Positions 26,698-38,442 of a stretch of DNA of 64,000 bases are shown piece by piece; positions within the stretch are counted from its first letter, which is position 1; each line of letters begins with the position of its first letter. The translations under genes and the position numbers were made by a program. This DNA is from Selaginella moellendorffii. Taxonomy: Eukaryota; Plantae; Lycopodiophyta. Location: NCBI RefSeq assembly GCF_000143415.4, contig NW_003314420.1:16456-80455 (forward strand). Reading direction: 5' to 3'. The notes beneath the pieces are model-generated. The model ran no database searches, had not been told where the DNA came from, and was given only the letters and a program-made list of their open reading frames with translations.

Positions 26698-29197
26698 CAC
26701 TAGCAAGAGCACCAACTTCCACCCAACGAGTCAAGTAGTCAGAAGCAATAATAACATACTCATTGCCAGCAGTCGATCGCGGAAAAGGTCCCATAAGATC
26801 AAACGCCACTAACTCAAACGGACGAGAAACTGCAATTGACTCCAACCGTCCTTCCGCAGCACAAGGGGGAGTATTACGAGCTTGGCACCAAACGCAGCTA
26901 CGCACATACCGGATAATATCACGTCGCATTTCTGGCCAATAGAAAGATCTGTGCAGCTTCTCGGTGACACGACGGTGTCCCATATGCCCACCTAGAATAG
27001 GAGAATCATGGTAGGTATGGAGAAACCGCGGAATAAACACCGAAGGCACCACCAGCCGTAAATGAGCATCAGGATCCGTCCCCACAAAATAAAGAAGGCC
27101 ATCTTCAAGGCGATATTGAGAATGTAAATGCCGAAAAGGCAAGTCATCAGCAAGTGATGCAGGATTCTCAAACCCATCTCGAAGCCTTCGAATCCATAGC
27201 TCAATCTTTTGAGCCTCGCGAACCTCATCCAGAGAAGGTAGATCTTGCTCTACGCCCTGTGGACACTGAACGTCAAGGACAGCAACCGTCGACGGCACAG
27301 AATCCTCATCTAGAAAATCCACAGATGCTGGAACAACAGGTTCGTCAGAAACATGAGAAGTGAGTGGAGAAGGAAGAGGAGCTCGAGAAAGGGCATCAGC
27401 ATCAGCCATAGAACTCCCTGGGCGATGAACAACATCGAAATCATATATCTGAAGCTTCAAAGCCCATCGAGCCGTACGACCAACCAGGTTCTTCCGCTTC
27501 AATAATGAAGTAACAGCAGCATGGTCACCTTCAAGTAACATCCGAGAACCATGTAGATAGGCATGAAGTTTCTCGAAACCCCAGACTGCTGCTAAACACT
27601 CCTTCTCCGTCGTGGAGTAGTTCATCTTCGCTGGTTGTAATGTATGGCTTATGTATGCAATAGGATGGCGCTGACCAGGCACACTCGAGCTCTCTTGCAT
27701 CAACACACCTCCAAGACCAATGTCAGAAGCATCCACGCGCAAAATAAAAGGTCGAGTATAGTCAGGATATGCCAAAACCGGAGGAGTCGTCAATAGCTCT
27801 TTGAGATTCACGAACGCCCGCTCACAATCGGGAGACCAGATGAAAGATGACGTTGATGACTTCAGCAACGCTCGCAATGGTAAAGTGTGATCGGAAAGAT
27901 GATCCACAAAACGACCGAGATACTGCACCTTACCCAAAAAGCGCTGCACATCATTCACACACTTTGGAGTAGGGAACTTTAGAACAGCCACAAGTTTGTC
28001 AGGATCAACTTGCAAACCCTCACGAGAAATACGGTACCCAAGATAAGTTGTGTCCTTGGACCCAAACACGCACTTCGACCGCTTCAGCTTTAAACCAACG
28101 TCGCGTAGCCGATCCAACACTTTACAAACATCACGAACATGCTCCTCCCACGTCCCCTCCGAGTGGATCAAGACATCATCAATGAAGTCAGCCGTCACCT
28201 CTGGCATATCGCAAAGAACCTCGTCCATCATTCGCTGAAAAGTTGCTGGAGCATTGTTCAAACCAAACGGCATCACCAAAAACTCGTACAAACCAAATGG
28301 TGTACGAAAAGCAGTCTTAGGAATATCGTCTTCAGCCATCGGTACTTGCCAATACCTAGAAGCAAGATCTAGCTTGGTGAACCAACGACTTCGCCCCAGA
28401 CGATCCAAGAGATCAGCAGTGTGAGGAAGAGGGTACACGTCCGGGATCATCACTTCATTTAACGGACGATAGTCGATGCAGAAACGAATACTCCCATCAG
28501 GCTTTGTCACAAGATGAGGTTCACATGCCCAAGGACTCCGCGACTTCCGAATAACACCCTTCTCCAACATCTCCTTGACGTTTGGACGTAAAATCTTGAT
28601 CTCCTTGGGTGACCGACGATGAACAGGAACCTTGATTGGACAAGCATCCCCGGTTGGAATGGGATGACGTGTGGCAATCTTGGCCCCAGACGATAGGTCA
28701 AATTCAAAGAGATCAGAATACTCCTTCATGAGCTGGTCAACAGCTGCAACACAAAGATCATCAGAGGGATCGGAAAAGGGAAGAGCAGAACAAGATGGAA
28801 ACACAAGAGGAAATAATGGGGGAACAAAAGTAATGGAAGCAGAGGTAGAAGTAGAGGGACGAAGAGGCACGGAAGTGAGAGGAATGGATGAAACATAAGG
28901 AAGTATGAGACAAGGGGGAAAAGCCTCAAAGTCACACTTGGCATGATTGTGCTGCAACCAATCCATACCAAGAATGAGGTCAAAAGCTTGACTCGCCACC
29001 ACCCGCAACGACTGCAACTCAAGCTCGAGATCGCCCACACGCACAACTAGGTCTGCCTCATCTCGTGCACATGCATGTGTACGGCCGTTGCCATAAAGAA
29101 TGAAAACTGGATCCGCCGCACGACGCAAGTGTAGACGACAACGTGTGGCAACAAGTCGAGCAATAGAAGATAAACTCGAACCTGTATCAACCAACAC
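26672..29197 (-). CDS. pol: Ty3/gypsy Pol (protease, RT, RNase H, partial integrase)
   Basis: LVDTGS, DLILGMDWL, RFCIDYRPLN, KTAFRTPFGLYEFLVMPFGLNNAPATFQR, FIDD, VDASDIGLG, YSTTEKECLA, H-x6-H...C-x2-C, DLMGPF. The last few codons and stop come from the fused LARD sequence. Confidence 0.93.
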   Translation of the reverse strand: MLVDTGSSLSSIARLVATRCRLHLRRAADPVFILYGNGRTHACARDEADLVVRVGDLELELQSLRVVASQAFDLILGMDWLQHNHAKCDFEAFPPCLILPYVSSIPLTSVPLRPSTSTSASITFVPPLFPLVFPSCSALPFSDPSDDLCVAAVDQLMKEYSDLFEFDLSSGAKIATRHPIPTGDACPIKVPVHRRSPKEIKILRPNVKEMLEKGVIRKSRSPWACEPHLVTKPDGSIRFCIDYRPLNEVMIPDVYPLPHTADLLDRLGRSRWFTKLDLASRYWQVPMAEDDIPKTAFRTPFGLYEFLVMPFGLNNAPATFQRMMDEVLCDMPEVTADFIDDVLIHSEGTWEEHVRDVCKVLDRLRDVGLKLKRSKCVFGSKDTTYLGYRISREGLQVDPDKLVAVLKFPTPKCVNDVQRFLGKVQYLGRFVDHLSDHTLPLRALLKSSTSSFIWSPDCERAFVNLKELLTTPPVLAYPDYTRPFILRVDASDIGLGGVLMQESSSVPGQRHPIAYISHTLQPAKMNYSTTEKECLAAVWGFEKLHAYLHGSRMLLEGDHAAVTSLLKRKNLVGRTARWALKLQIYDFDVVHRPGSSMADADALSRAPLPSPLTSHVSDEPVVPASVDFLDEDSVPSTVAVLDVQCPQGVEQDLPSLDEVREAQKIELWIRRLRDGFENPASLADDLPFRHLHSQYRLEDGLLYFVGTDPDAHLRLVVPSVFIPRFLHTYHDSPILGGHMGHRRVTEKLHRSFYWPEMRRDIIRYVRSCVWCQARNTPPCAAEGRLESIAVSRPFELVAFDLMGPFPRSTAGNEYVIIASDYLTRWVEVGALASALRILVKA

Positions 29198-29293
29198 GGA
29201 GAGAAGAATAGGAGACCTCTTGTTATAAAAACGAGCTTAACACTGGATGAACCGGTGCCGAGTGAACCCCTTGATGATACTCCCGAAAGAAAG

Positions 29294-29357
29294 ATGGAGG
29301 GGTCACTAACTTATTCGCGCAAGGTCCCTCCATTACTCGCGCGACTCCTCGTTTCCC
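29294..29357 (-). promoter_or_regulatory. Programmed -1 ribosomal frameshift signal (slippery heptamer + H-type pseudoknot)
   Basis: Minus strand: G GGA AAC in gag frame, 6-nt spacer, stem 1 TCGCGCGAG/CTTGCGCGA, loop ATGGAGGG pairing with downstream CCCTCCAT. Confidence 0.8.
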
Positions 29358-30223
29358 GAATGCACCTCGGTATCCAAACCTTCCACCGCAGCAGCACCAA
29401 CGGGACGTTGCTGACGCCAAGGTCTCCACCCAGGAAATGGAGGTCGCCAATCCGGAAAGCGCCGACAACGCCAATAAGTATGACCAACTTCATCACACGC
29501 CCAGCAACGAATGTCACGGCCACGACCACGTCCTCGCCCTTGTCCTTGGACTCGAGTAGCAGCAGCATCAACCTCCATGGGAACAGGACCATCACTCATA
29601 GGAAGTGGAGCTGAAGGACGTGTAGCAAGAAGTGGAAGAGGCGACGTCTCATAACGTTGTGCCAAACGAAGAGCATCGTCAAGAGTGGCAGGAGCAAGTG
29701 CATGCACAAGTCCGACAAGATCCTGACGAAGTGCTGGCCACAACATTCCTAGCTTGATCCGCTCCGACTGATTTGGCTCTGCACGAAGCAAAAGACTTCG
29801 GAAACGAACGCCAAATTGCATCACCGACTCAGATGGCCCTTGGCGAAGACGATGCAATTGTTGGAAGGCATCATCACAATCGTCGGCGTGTCCGAAGGCG
29901 CGTTTGAAGACGTCCGGAAGAACACTCCAATCGCCACGAGTAGCTGCGCTCAATCCATTGTACCACTGCAATGCCGTCCCTTGAAGACATGTGGGGAACT
30001 CACACAAACGTCGAGCATCATCCCAAGAATGATATGTGGCAATCACCGTGAAGTGATCGAACCAATGGTACACATCATCCCCAGGATTCCCACGAAAGAA
30101 CTCCGGCCAAACGCGAGGATTGGCACCAAAAGCAGAAGGAGTTGTACCATGTGCCGTGAACGCCGCCATCAACTGAGTTTGGTTGTTCAATTGCAAGCGC
30201 ATAGCATCAAGCAATTGAACCAA
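29333..30223 (-). CDS. gag: Ty3/gypsy Gag with CCHC zinc knuckle
   Basis: PEFFRG...WF, LQGTALQWY, LRQGPSESVMQF (major homology region-like), PVPMEVD, CWACDEVGHTYWRC. Confidence 0.9.
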   Translation of the reverse strand: MVQLLDAMRLQLNNQTQLMAAFTAHGTTPSAFGANPRVWPEFFRGNPGDDVYHWFDHFTVIATYHSWDDARRLCEFPTCLQGTALQWYNGLSAATRGDWSVLPDVFKRAFGHADDCDDAFQQLHRLRQGPSESVMQFGVRFRSLLLRAEPNQSERIKLGMLWPALRQDLVGLVHALAPATLDDALRLAQRYETSPLPLLATRPSAPLPMSDGPVPMEVDAAATRVQGQGRGRGRGRDIRCWACDEVGHTYWRCRRFPDWRPPFPGWRPWRQQRPVGAAAVEGLDTEVHSGNEESRE

Positions 30224-30899
30224 CTACTGCTCTAGAGTCAAAGGAGGAGATTGCGGATCGGCCATGAAAATGAATGAGAAAGAAAGAGCAAAAGAAGAGA
30301 AATGACAAAAAGCTGAAAAGAAATGGTAGATCTAGACAATGCAAAAAAGCTAGATCTAAACCAAAATCTTGAAAGGAAAGAACAAAAGAAAAGAAATGGA
30401 AAAAGCTAGATCTAGACAATGCAAAAGCTAGATCTAAACCGAAATCCCAAATCCAAGCACTCCCCAGGGACAATCAAAGGTGCCCCTCATCTCCACCAAT
30501 GTGAGTGCATGGAATATGGAAAGGGAATACAGAAATGTGCATATCAATTAACCCAAAAACCCTAGCTTATATACAGGAGCGAGTGGTCCGGATTGAAACC
30601 AATCCGACGGCTACCAAAATCCACTATGCTAATATTAGTATACGGCATCGTAGCCGTACACTTGGCCCTCACAATAAGAAATTATATAAATGAGAATATA
30701 TTTATAAACATACTTTATGGAGAAAAATACAGGTTTAAATATAAACTTAGATCTGACACTTTACTATGCTTGGAATCTATCCAAGATCTCTTTGCACTTG
30801 GTGTCACTGCATATAGGACGTAGCATATTGGAAGAGCTGTTAACACCTGGAAAACAATGATCTTGGAACCTATAAATTATATGAGGCACAAAATATACA

Positions 30900-31910
30900 A
30901 TGTTCAAATATCGTATGAGCTTAGTCCCCTCCTAACTGCCAACTTCATGCCAGTTTGGGAGCAATAGTTTCCAAAAGTACTTGGACAACATTTTTGCTGC
31001 ATCAACACAAAGAGTTCCAAATCTACTATTGGTTTCCCGACCTTGCCGTAGACACCACATTGTTACATGGAATCCCGTCAAAGACTCTGACGAGCATCTA
31101 CCACACTCTGCACTTGAGATACATCTCCACCAAGCTGCTCAACACGAATATAACTTGGTCGCATCCATGGCTGGCTGCCTGAGCGTGGATCACTCTTCCT
31201 TTCTCCAACGATCTTTTCTTCATGACACCTTGCAACCTTTTCTCTCGCGGCCTTCTTTTTTCACTCGCTCCAATCCAATTGCGAACTCCCCGTTTTGCAC
31301 GTAGCCAAAAACCATGACAGTCCATGAGACCACATTGTTGCATTGAATCTTGCAAAAGACCCAAAGAGCATTCACCAAGCTCCCACACTTGAGATACATA
31401 TCCACCAAGCTACTTGCCATGAAGATATCTTCTTCGAATCCATTCTTTGCACCCAGGCAATGGATTTCTACCCGTTCTCTAAGCAGCTCTTTCTCAAGCT
31501 CTTGCAATCCTATCCCTTGGCAGCCAGATTCCAGCGGGCCGTAAGCACCACGAGGGTAGTAGTCGATCAATCCAGAGAACTGGAGCGGTGCTGGAGCTCC
31601 GACTGGCCATGGCATCGAAGACCTGGCATTGGATTAAATTACATTGTCATGGATGATCCTTCCTCCCTGGAGATGCACACACTTCCACATTCCTTGAGCA
31701 CCAGAAGCGAGGAGACACTGATAAGAACTAAAGCGAAGGGACAATGTAATCAAATTCTAGGGTTTTGCTTCTTGATCTAGCAAACGCCGATGACATCTTG
31801 TCTAGCATCCGGCTGCACGGCTTCGCTTGCCAGGCTTGTAAGGGATTAGCGAGCAGCATCTCTGATTGGCAAGAATCATGTATAGCAGCTGCTCTCCTTG
31901 CTGCTCGCAT
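30900..31910 (-). pseudogene. PLS-class pentatricopeptide repeat (PPR) pseudogene
   Basis: Repeated DIFMASSLVDMYLKCGSLVNA...VVSWTVMVFGYVQNG and GRVIHAQA...IFVLSSLVEMYLKC motifs split across frames. Confidence 0.8.
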
Positions 31911-31931
31911 GGATGCTGCGTGACCTCACGT

Positions 31932-34845
31932 CATAGCTTCAAAACACGAACACGAACACGAACACGGCATTCAATTTTTTGAACACGAACACGGAACACG
32001 GAAATGAACACGGATAAACACGGGTGAAAGCACGAATATTCTCTAGAATATTCTACTTATCACTCCATCTCATCTAGAAGCTCCTCATTAGCAGCATCAT
32101 CATCTTCATCTTCGTCCTCTTCTTCCATAGCTTCAATATCAGCATCAGTAATTTGAGGAATACTTCCTGTCTGGCTCAATCCCACAAACTTGTCATAGGA
32201 AGTGTGGCTCCCTATCAACTTGGTATTACTGGCCACAAATACCAAGTCTGCAATCCGGCTCACTGCTAAGCAATTCCTCTTCTTTGAAGTGATGTGCCCA
32301 AAAATGCTGAACAATCACTCCACAGATGAGGAAGAACTTGCTTGACTAAGCACTCAAATTGCCAACCTCTGCAAATCTGGACCTGAGTAGCCATTGTCCT
32401 CCCACCACTGCACAGAACCCTTTGTTGTACGATCCATCTGAGAGTCCCCGGTGCCAAAACTACCCTCCAAGTTCCTGTATTGGCAAAGCTGATTTTTTAT
32501 AGTTGACCTTTGCTGATAGTCAGGGAACTGGATCTCCAAGTACATGTTCCAATCTTTGGAAACTTCCCTGGATTTTTCCTGTCCTTGCCCCTGAAACTTT
32601 GGATCAAGCGTGTATGCCACAGAGTGAAAGGTGCTATGATAAGCCCACCACCTGTTTGAAATCAGTTGGTTTAGCTCCTCATACCTTAGATTGTTCTCCT
32701 CTTGTTGACAGATGTTCTCGCTCATCTGATCCATCCCCTCGTAGACCTCGTAGACCAGGCACGTCTCCGTCAACCATCCATAGCAAATACATCACCCTCC
32801 TTGAAACACCCAGCATGTGGTTAACCTCGTTCCAATATGTATCTTTGAACACAATTCCTCGGCATGCTATCCCAGAATCTGTTCTTGACTCTAGCCTTGC
32901 ATTGTAAGCGTCACTCAGAAACATTTGTTGTAGCTTTGGTCTCAGCTCCACCAATCTCTCCATCATAAGAAAGTTGAAGGCGAATCGTGTTTCACTGAAC
33001 TTCAACACTCGTCGTGAAGAGAAGGATGCCAAAATCGCTACTAGATGCGAATGGTTCCGGAGGAAGCCACCCAGAGTCTTTCCCTTGTCTAGCAGCCCAA
33101 CCATCCATGGTAGTTTTGCGAAATCCTTGAGAATGTTGTTCAAACAATGAGCTAAGCATGGAGCCCATATAATCCTTGGCTTCCTCGCCTCTAGAAGCCT
33201 AGCAGCAGCCTTGTTTGAAGCCTCACCATCCGTGACAATAAGAACAACATTCTCCTCTCCAACAATCTCGATACCTTGCTCCCATGTCGCAAAAACGTTA
33301 TCAGCTGTCTTCCCACTAGAAGATATATCAATGGCCTCGAGAAAAGTCGACTGTCCTCTGCTGTATGCAACAAGCCCCATGATATGTCGATTTCTTGTGT
33401 CATTCCATGCATCAGCAACAAGAGTAACCCCACAATTCTTCCAACGTGCCTTCACCTTGGCAAGTTGAACTTCAAGATTGGCTTTCTCCACTTGCAACAA
33501 TTGCTCTCGCAATGCTGTCTCTGTTGGAAGATCGTTCCATGCCTTGCAATCTGCTGCACCATCTCCTTGAAATGGTGAGAACGAGCTTTTGCAAATGGTA
33601 TGTGCTCGTTCTAGAAAAATCGTCCTATAGCCATATCCACTGCTTCCTTCCTTTTTGGATCAAAGAATCCCGGATTCCCTGCTGTCGTTGCGAAAAAAAA
33701 CCTGGAAATTCCTTCTACAGAATTGCCACCTGGTGTAGAACTCTGGGAAGCAACAAAACTCTCTCCTCCAGTGCTTTGGATGCCTTCGACACGTGTAGAA
33801 ACTGCTCGTTTCTTGCTTTGGTGTTTTCCAGCCAAAACTTGGTCGTCGATGGTTTTAGCCATCTCCCTAAGCTGTTGTCTCTTCTCTACTGAGATGACAT
33901 CACAACTTAAGATTTCATGACCAGCTTCCCCTGTGAGATGTCCCCTCACACGATCCACACCTGAAACTTTGTCTCTCAACGAACACCATTTGCAAGACCA
34001 GCGTCGATGCCCACTACGGCAGTTTGTTTGATCACCAAGGATCACTTCTTCCCACCAAATGGATGATGGATGTCACCCTGTTGAAGTCCTCCTGCTCTGG
34101 CTCCCAGATGCCATCACTCAGCTCAACCTCTAAAATCCTGCACCTGCCTCTACTCCAATCCACAATCACTCAGTCCAACCTCTAAAATCCCACACCCTGC
34201 TGCTGCTCCAATCCACAATTGCTCAGCCTCTAAAATCCCACACCCTGCTCCTGTTCCAATCCACAATCGGTCACGCCCTGCGCCTAAATTTTTTTTGAAA
34301 AACTCAAAATTTTAGAATCACGCCGTCAATAACACAATCGCAATGCCAAGCAACTAAGAATCACAGCAATCTACAAAGATGCAGTGCCAAGCAGCTAAGA
34401 ATTATGGCAGAAGCAATCCAAGGAGAAAATTTGGGAGAGAAAATCTACAAACCTGGAGACAATGATCAGGAATTTTTTGCAGCAAAATCAGGCTTGGCTG
34501 AGTGCCATTCCTCCCACTCCAGCGCTAGAATCCTAGAGAGGGCATTCCCAGCCCAAGAAAATCGCCATAGATCGCTGGAAAAACCTTTTGATTGATCGCA
34601 GGAATTTTTTATTGATCGCAAAACAAGAAAACATCAAAGCGCAAAACGCTCATGTGAACCACGTGAGCTATTGTTTTAGAACATGGCATGGTCACACGGT
34701 ATTTGACCGTGTTTCAACCGTGTTTGGAGCCGTGTTTTGGAGCATTGACCGAGGCAATGAACACAGCCCGTGTTAACACGGCTGGGGGCCGTGTTCGTGT
34801 CACCACGCCAACACGCCGTGGTGCACGGCATGTTTTGAAGCACTG
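31932..34845 (-). mobile_element. Complete hAT DNA transposon with frameshifted transposase
   Basis: TIRs catagcttcaaaacacg / catgttttgaagcactg; 8-bp TSD cctcacgt / cctcatgt; subterminal AACACG repeats at both ends; transposase fragments 34114-32060 with BED-like C2H2 finger, DAW...TDGE...PCLAHCLN, ETRF and a C-terminal dimerisation domain. Confidence 0.92.
34120..34270. repeat. Three ~50-bp tandem repeats upstream of the hAT transposase
   Basis: cctctaaaatcc...ctccaatccacaat repeated three times. Confidence 0.75.
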
Positions 34846-34929
34846 CCTCATGTGGCCAATCCTGGAGAAAATCCTGTGTAAGTTCTTGCACTTTACGACA
34901 GCAACTTTTTGTTTTGCTTGTGGCCGGGA

Positions 34930-36120
34930 TCAATGATTGGCTTGGCACACAAGCTGTTCTACGCGTGAGCTTTGGGAGATTCTTCTTCTTCATTGAATTA
35001 GCACTGCTTATGTTTGGAGTTAAGTACCAAAGCAATCACAGGGACTCATGGCATCAATGATCAACCTTATCATCTGGTCTGGTCTCACTGTGCTTGGCCT
35101 CATCCTTCTTCCCAACGACATTGTGGATGCTGACAGTAAATCTAGTGCTTCTTTCTTGGAATTACAACCATAGTTTCTTTGTTCTTCTGGCAGGAAGACT
35201 CTCGACATAAAACTGGAACACTGCATGGATTGCCAAAGAGAGTCAGTTCTAGTGATGTTCTTCCTCATTTCTTTTCCTCTTATACATATAACAAGATTCA
35301 CAGTTCACAGGTATAATCCCTTGCTTGCTGTGTCCTTAGTGTGCTACATCATGCAGGACATCTGTATAAGTGGTTCAATCCTGCTTATCAAGATTGCAAG
35401 CTCAATCTCTTCTTTATCACGAGCTCGCTATCTCTCGGCATCGCTTTCACTGCTATCTCTGTGCATCCTCAGGTAACTTTTAAGCTGGAGTTTTTTCTTT
35501 TGAGTGTGAAGGATGGTTTTTTTGTTCTTTTTTGTTCCAGGTGAATGGGCGGTGATAGTGCCTGCTTCGGTGATAGCGCTCTACTGCATGTATATATGCT
35601 ACAGTGCATTGTCAAGACTACGATTGCGTTGGAGTGCCCAAGCATGCCGAGGTGGTTTTTATAAACACACTCGTCATGGGAATGGCCACCCTGCTTATCT
35701 CCGTGATATACTCCACGGCTTGAGCAGGCTCTCAACGACTTTCCTGTCACCGCCAGCTCCTCCTCACAATGCAAAGGAGCTTCTAGAAGAAGAATTGAGT
35801 AGAAAAACTCTTACTCTCGAGGAGAAATTTCAAAACCAACCACAAACTAAGTGGCACTGGATCTGAGCACGACTTCCACGAAGCAAAGAAACAGTCCCAA
35901 CACTGTCATGTATGTTTACTTGTTCTGTTATCTTGTCTTTGCCCTTGCGAGAATGTACTCGGCTATGTTGCTCACCAGATGGGGAAACCCTGAAGACAGA
36001 TGCTATCGATGTTGGCTGGCATTCAGAATGGGTCCGGATCGGCACAATGTGGTTCACAACAGCACTATACATTTGGTCGCTCATAGATCCACTCATTCTT
36101 CCATGCAAAGTAAGCAGATA
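34930..36120 (+). pseudogene. Serinc (serine incorporator / TMS) membrane protein pseudogene
   Basis: AVLRVSFG, PASVIALYCMYICYSALS, TLVMGMATLLISVIYSTA*, FALARMYSAMLLTRWG, IDVGWHSEWVRIGT...ALYIWSLI; intron remnant at ~35473-35540; stops and frameshifts. Confidence 0.85.
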
Positions 36121-36680
36121 TCATCGAGTTTATTGTAAAGTAGTGTTGTAAATTTGAAGAAATTACAAGTCTTTGGTTGGAAACAAATTAAGAGTTTCCA
36201 CCATCTAGTGTTGAAGATCGATTGCCTGCATGGAAGAATGAGGAACAAAAACTGATTGAGTTTTTCTTAGTTTTTACCTTGTTCCTGCATAGAAGGTGAG
36301 TTGGATCTCATACAACTTTTTAGATGCCATGTCTCTGGAAGGTCATGTGCACAATCATCTTCAACCTGTGAAATCACACAGTCAGAACAAATGCATAGCC
36401 ATAGATCGTGAATGAAGCAAGAATGCTACTTTTTTCCTCAAGAATAAAAGAACTTTCACAATCTGCCGCCACAGTCTACCCTAAAAAATTATAACCCAAA
36501 AGGTGATTTCAATTGTCACTACCTCTTTGCCACATGTAATAATTGTAACCCTCCTTTTGGAGAGTCACAAATCTAGTCCTTCTGATTAAGAGCATCCACC
36601 ATAAGTAAAATTAGATATTCTTAAAATGAAATAAAATACACTAGATGCCATATGCTAATAGCACTTTTAAACAAGGGAGT

Positions 36681-36710
36681 ACTAACAGAGTGCCCAGCTC
36701 CACTAGGAGA
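36681..36710 (-). mobile_element. Degenerate Helitron 3' terminus with adjoining AT-rich body
   Basis: Reverse complement cctagtggagctgggcactctgttag; the same family motif as at 6537 and 43766. Confidence 0.6.
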
Positions 36711-38442
36711 AATAACATCTTTTAACAATTTCTAGAATATGAAAATACATGTACCCCTCTAGGAAAAGTAGCATTTAAAATTGTAGTTATTCCTTTATGG
36801 TTACATTACAGCAAACAGAATGGTCAACTTATTTAATACATTGATTAAATATTTTGATTAGAGGAGATGTGAAATACAAAAATATAAATATAATTTTTTT
36901 CTATTTTGAAGTACTCCTAATTATTCACAGTTTGATTAAAAACATATCTATTTTGACTGATTATATTTCTTATATCTTTGTTATAATCGCTAATATCTTA
37001 AGTTCTTTGAAATTATTTTGAATTAAAATGAACTGTAGAAATGTCAATAAACAACTCCACATTAGACTCTCAGAAAGAAGAGACCTCTTTGATCATACTT
37101 AATTATGTATTATAAGTTCAAAGAATAATCTTCTTTATGTACTTAGTATCATTACTATTGAGGAACATGCAAGCGCACATTTTTCTAGCTAAGGACCTAA
37201 GGTGCTTACACACAGCCACTTAATATGAAATCTTCTATAGAAATTGACCAAAAAAGAAAAAAATTAAGAATTAATTATAAATAAATTCTACTGTCAAAAT
37301 GATCCACTATAAAAATCATATAAAGCTTAAAACAAGACAAATTCCTCTTCACAAAGCTAGTATAAACAGTGAATTCAATTGTGATGTTAGGGAGTATATA
37401 GAGTTAAAACTCACTCAAATTCTTTTAGAAATGAAAAGGAAAAAGCATGATAAATATTTAACTTTCAAATCTGTACAACCACAAAAAACACTCATGTAGT
37501 TGTGAAAATTAATAAGCTTTTCTTTAGTTATTTATGCTAGTTTTAACCTAATATAGTTAATATTAGTTACATCCTCTTTCTTTTTTGTCCTAGAGCAGAG
37601 CATTTAATCAAAAATTTGCAAGAGAACTCTTATAGTCTATGGTGTTATCATTGAGCAAGAGGCCATATTCATATTGAACTCTAGCACCATTAAAATGGTA
37701 CTGTTACACCTTTGATCCTTACCTTGCTCAAGATGTATATAAAACTTTACTATAGAGTTTAACTCTTTGTACCCAGCCACAAAATCTAAACTCTGTTAAC
37801 ACCCTAAAAGTGTTAAATGGTTTAAGGAAATGGCATTTACAGCACAAATATAGTATTTGATTGATTCAATGTTTTTTCAATAACTTTATAAATATATATA
37901 ATTCAACTTAAATTTATACTTAAATAGCTTATTAAAGGGAAAATTTAGATTTTACTCAAAACCCTTTACTTTACTATTACCTCTGGAATAATATTCTTCT
38001 AATAAACATAATATTTCATGTGCTCTCATAAGAGTGATTAGCTTTTATATTTCCTATTCTCATTGGTTGCAACACAACTAAGCTTGTCTCAAAAGCTTTA
38101 AACCCATGTTTGGTCACTGAGATGTTGTTAAACCTCTATTGATTCAAAAAAATCTCTAATATTTTAGAAACAATTTGAAGGACACATAGTTATATTTCAA
38201 TTTATATTTAAATAGTTGATTAAAGAGAAAAATTAGAAGGTCCTTTTACTCAAAACCATTTACTTTACTATTACCTCTGGAATGAGTGAGTGGCACAAAA
38301 ATATCCTCTCAAATGATAATTTTAGAAAAAATTTGAAGAACAGAGTGAGAAGGATGTAAGCCAGTCTACTGATCTGCCTCACATTTCTGTCTGCAGCTCT
38401 GACTTAAGGATACGTATGCACTTTCATAACTCAATCTAAATA

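Larger units (their letters stand above)
26698..30673 (-). mobile_element. Ty3/gypsy retrotransposon, 3'-truncated (5' LTR 30500-30673, PBS, gag, pol)
   Basis: 174-bp LTR tgtgag...cctcaca; PBS tggtggagatgagggg; gag and PR-RT-RH-INT ORFs. Confidence 0.92.

Noticed and set aside
37900-38285. ~85-bp direct repeat in AT-rich DNA
   Set aside because: Ordinary local duplication within a probable non-autonomous Helitron body.
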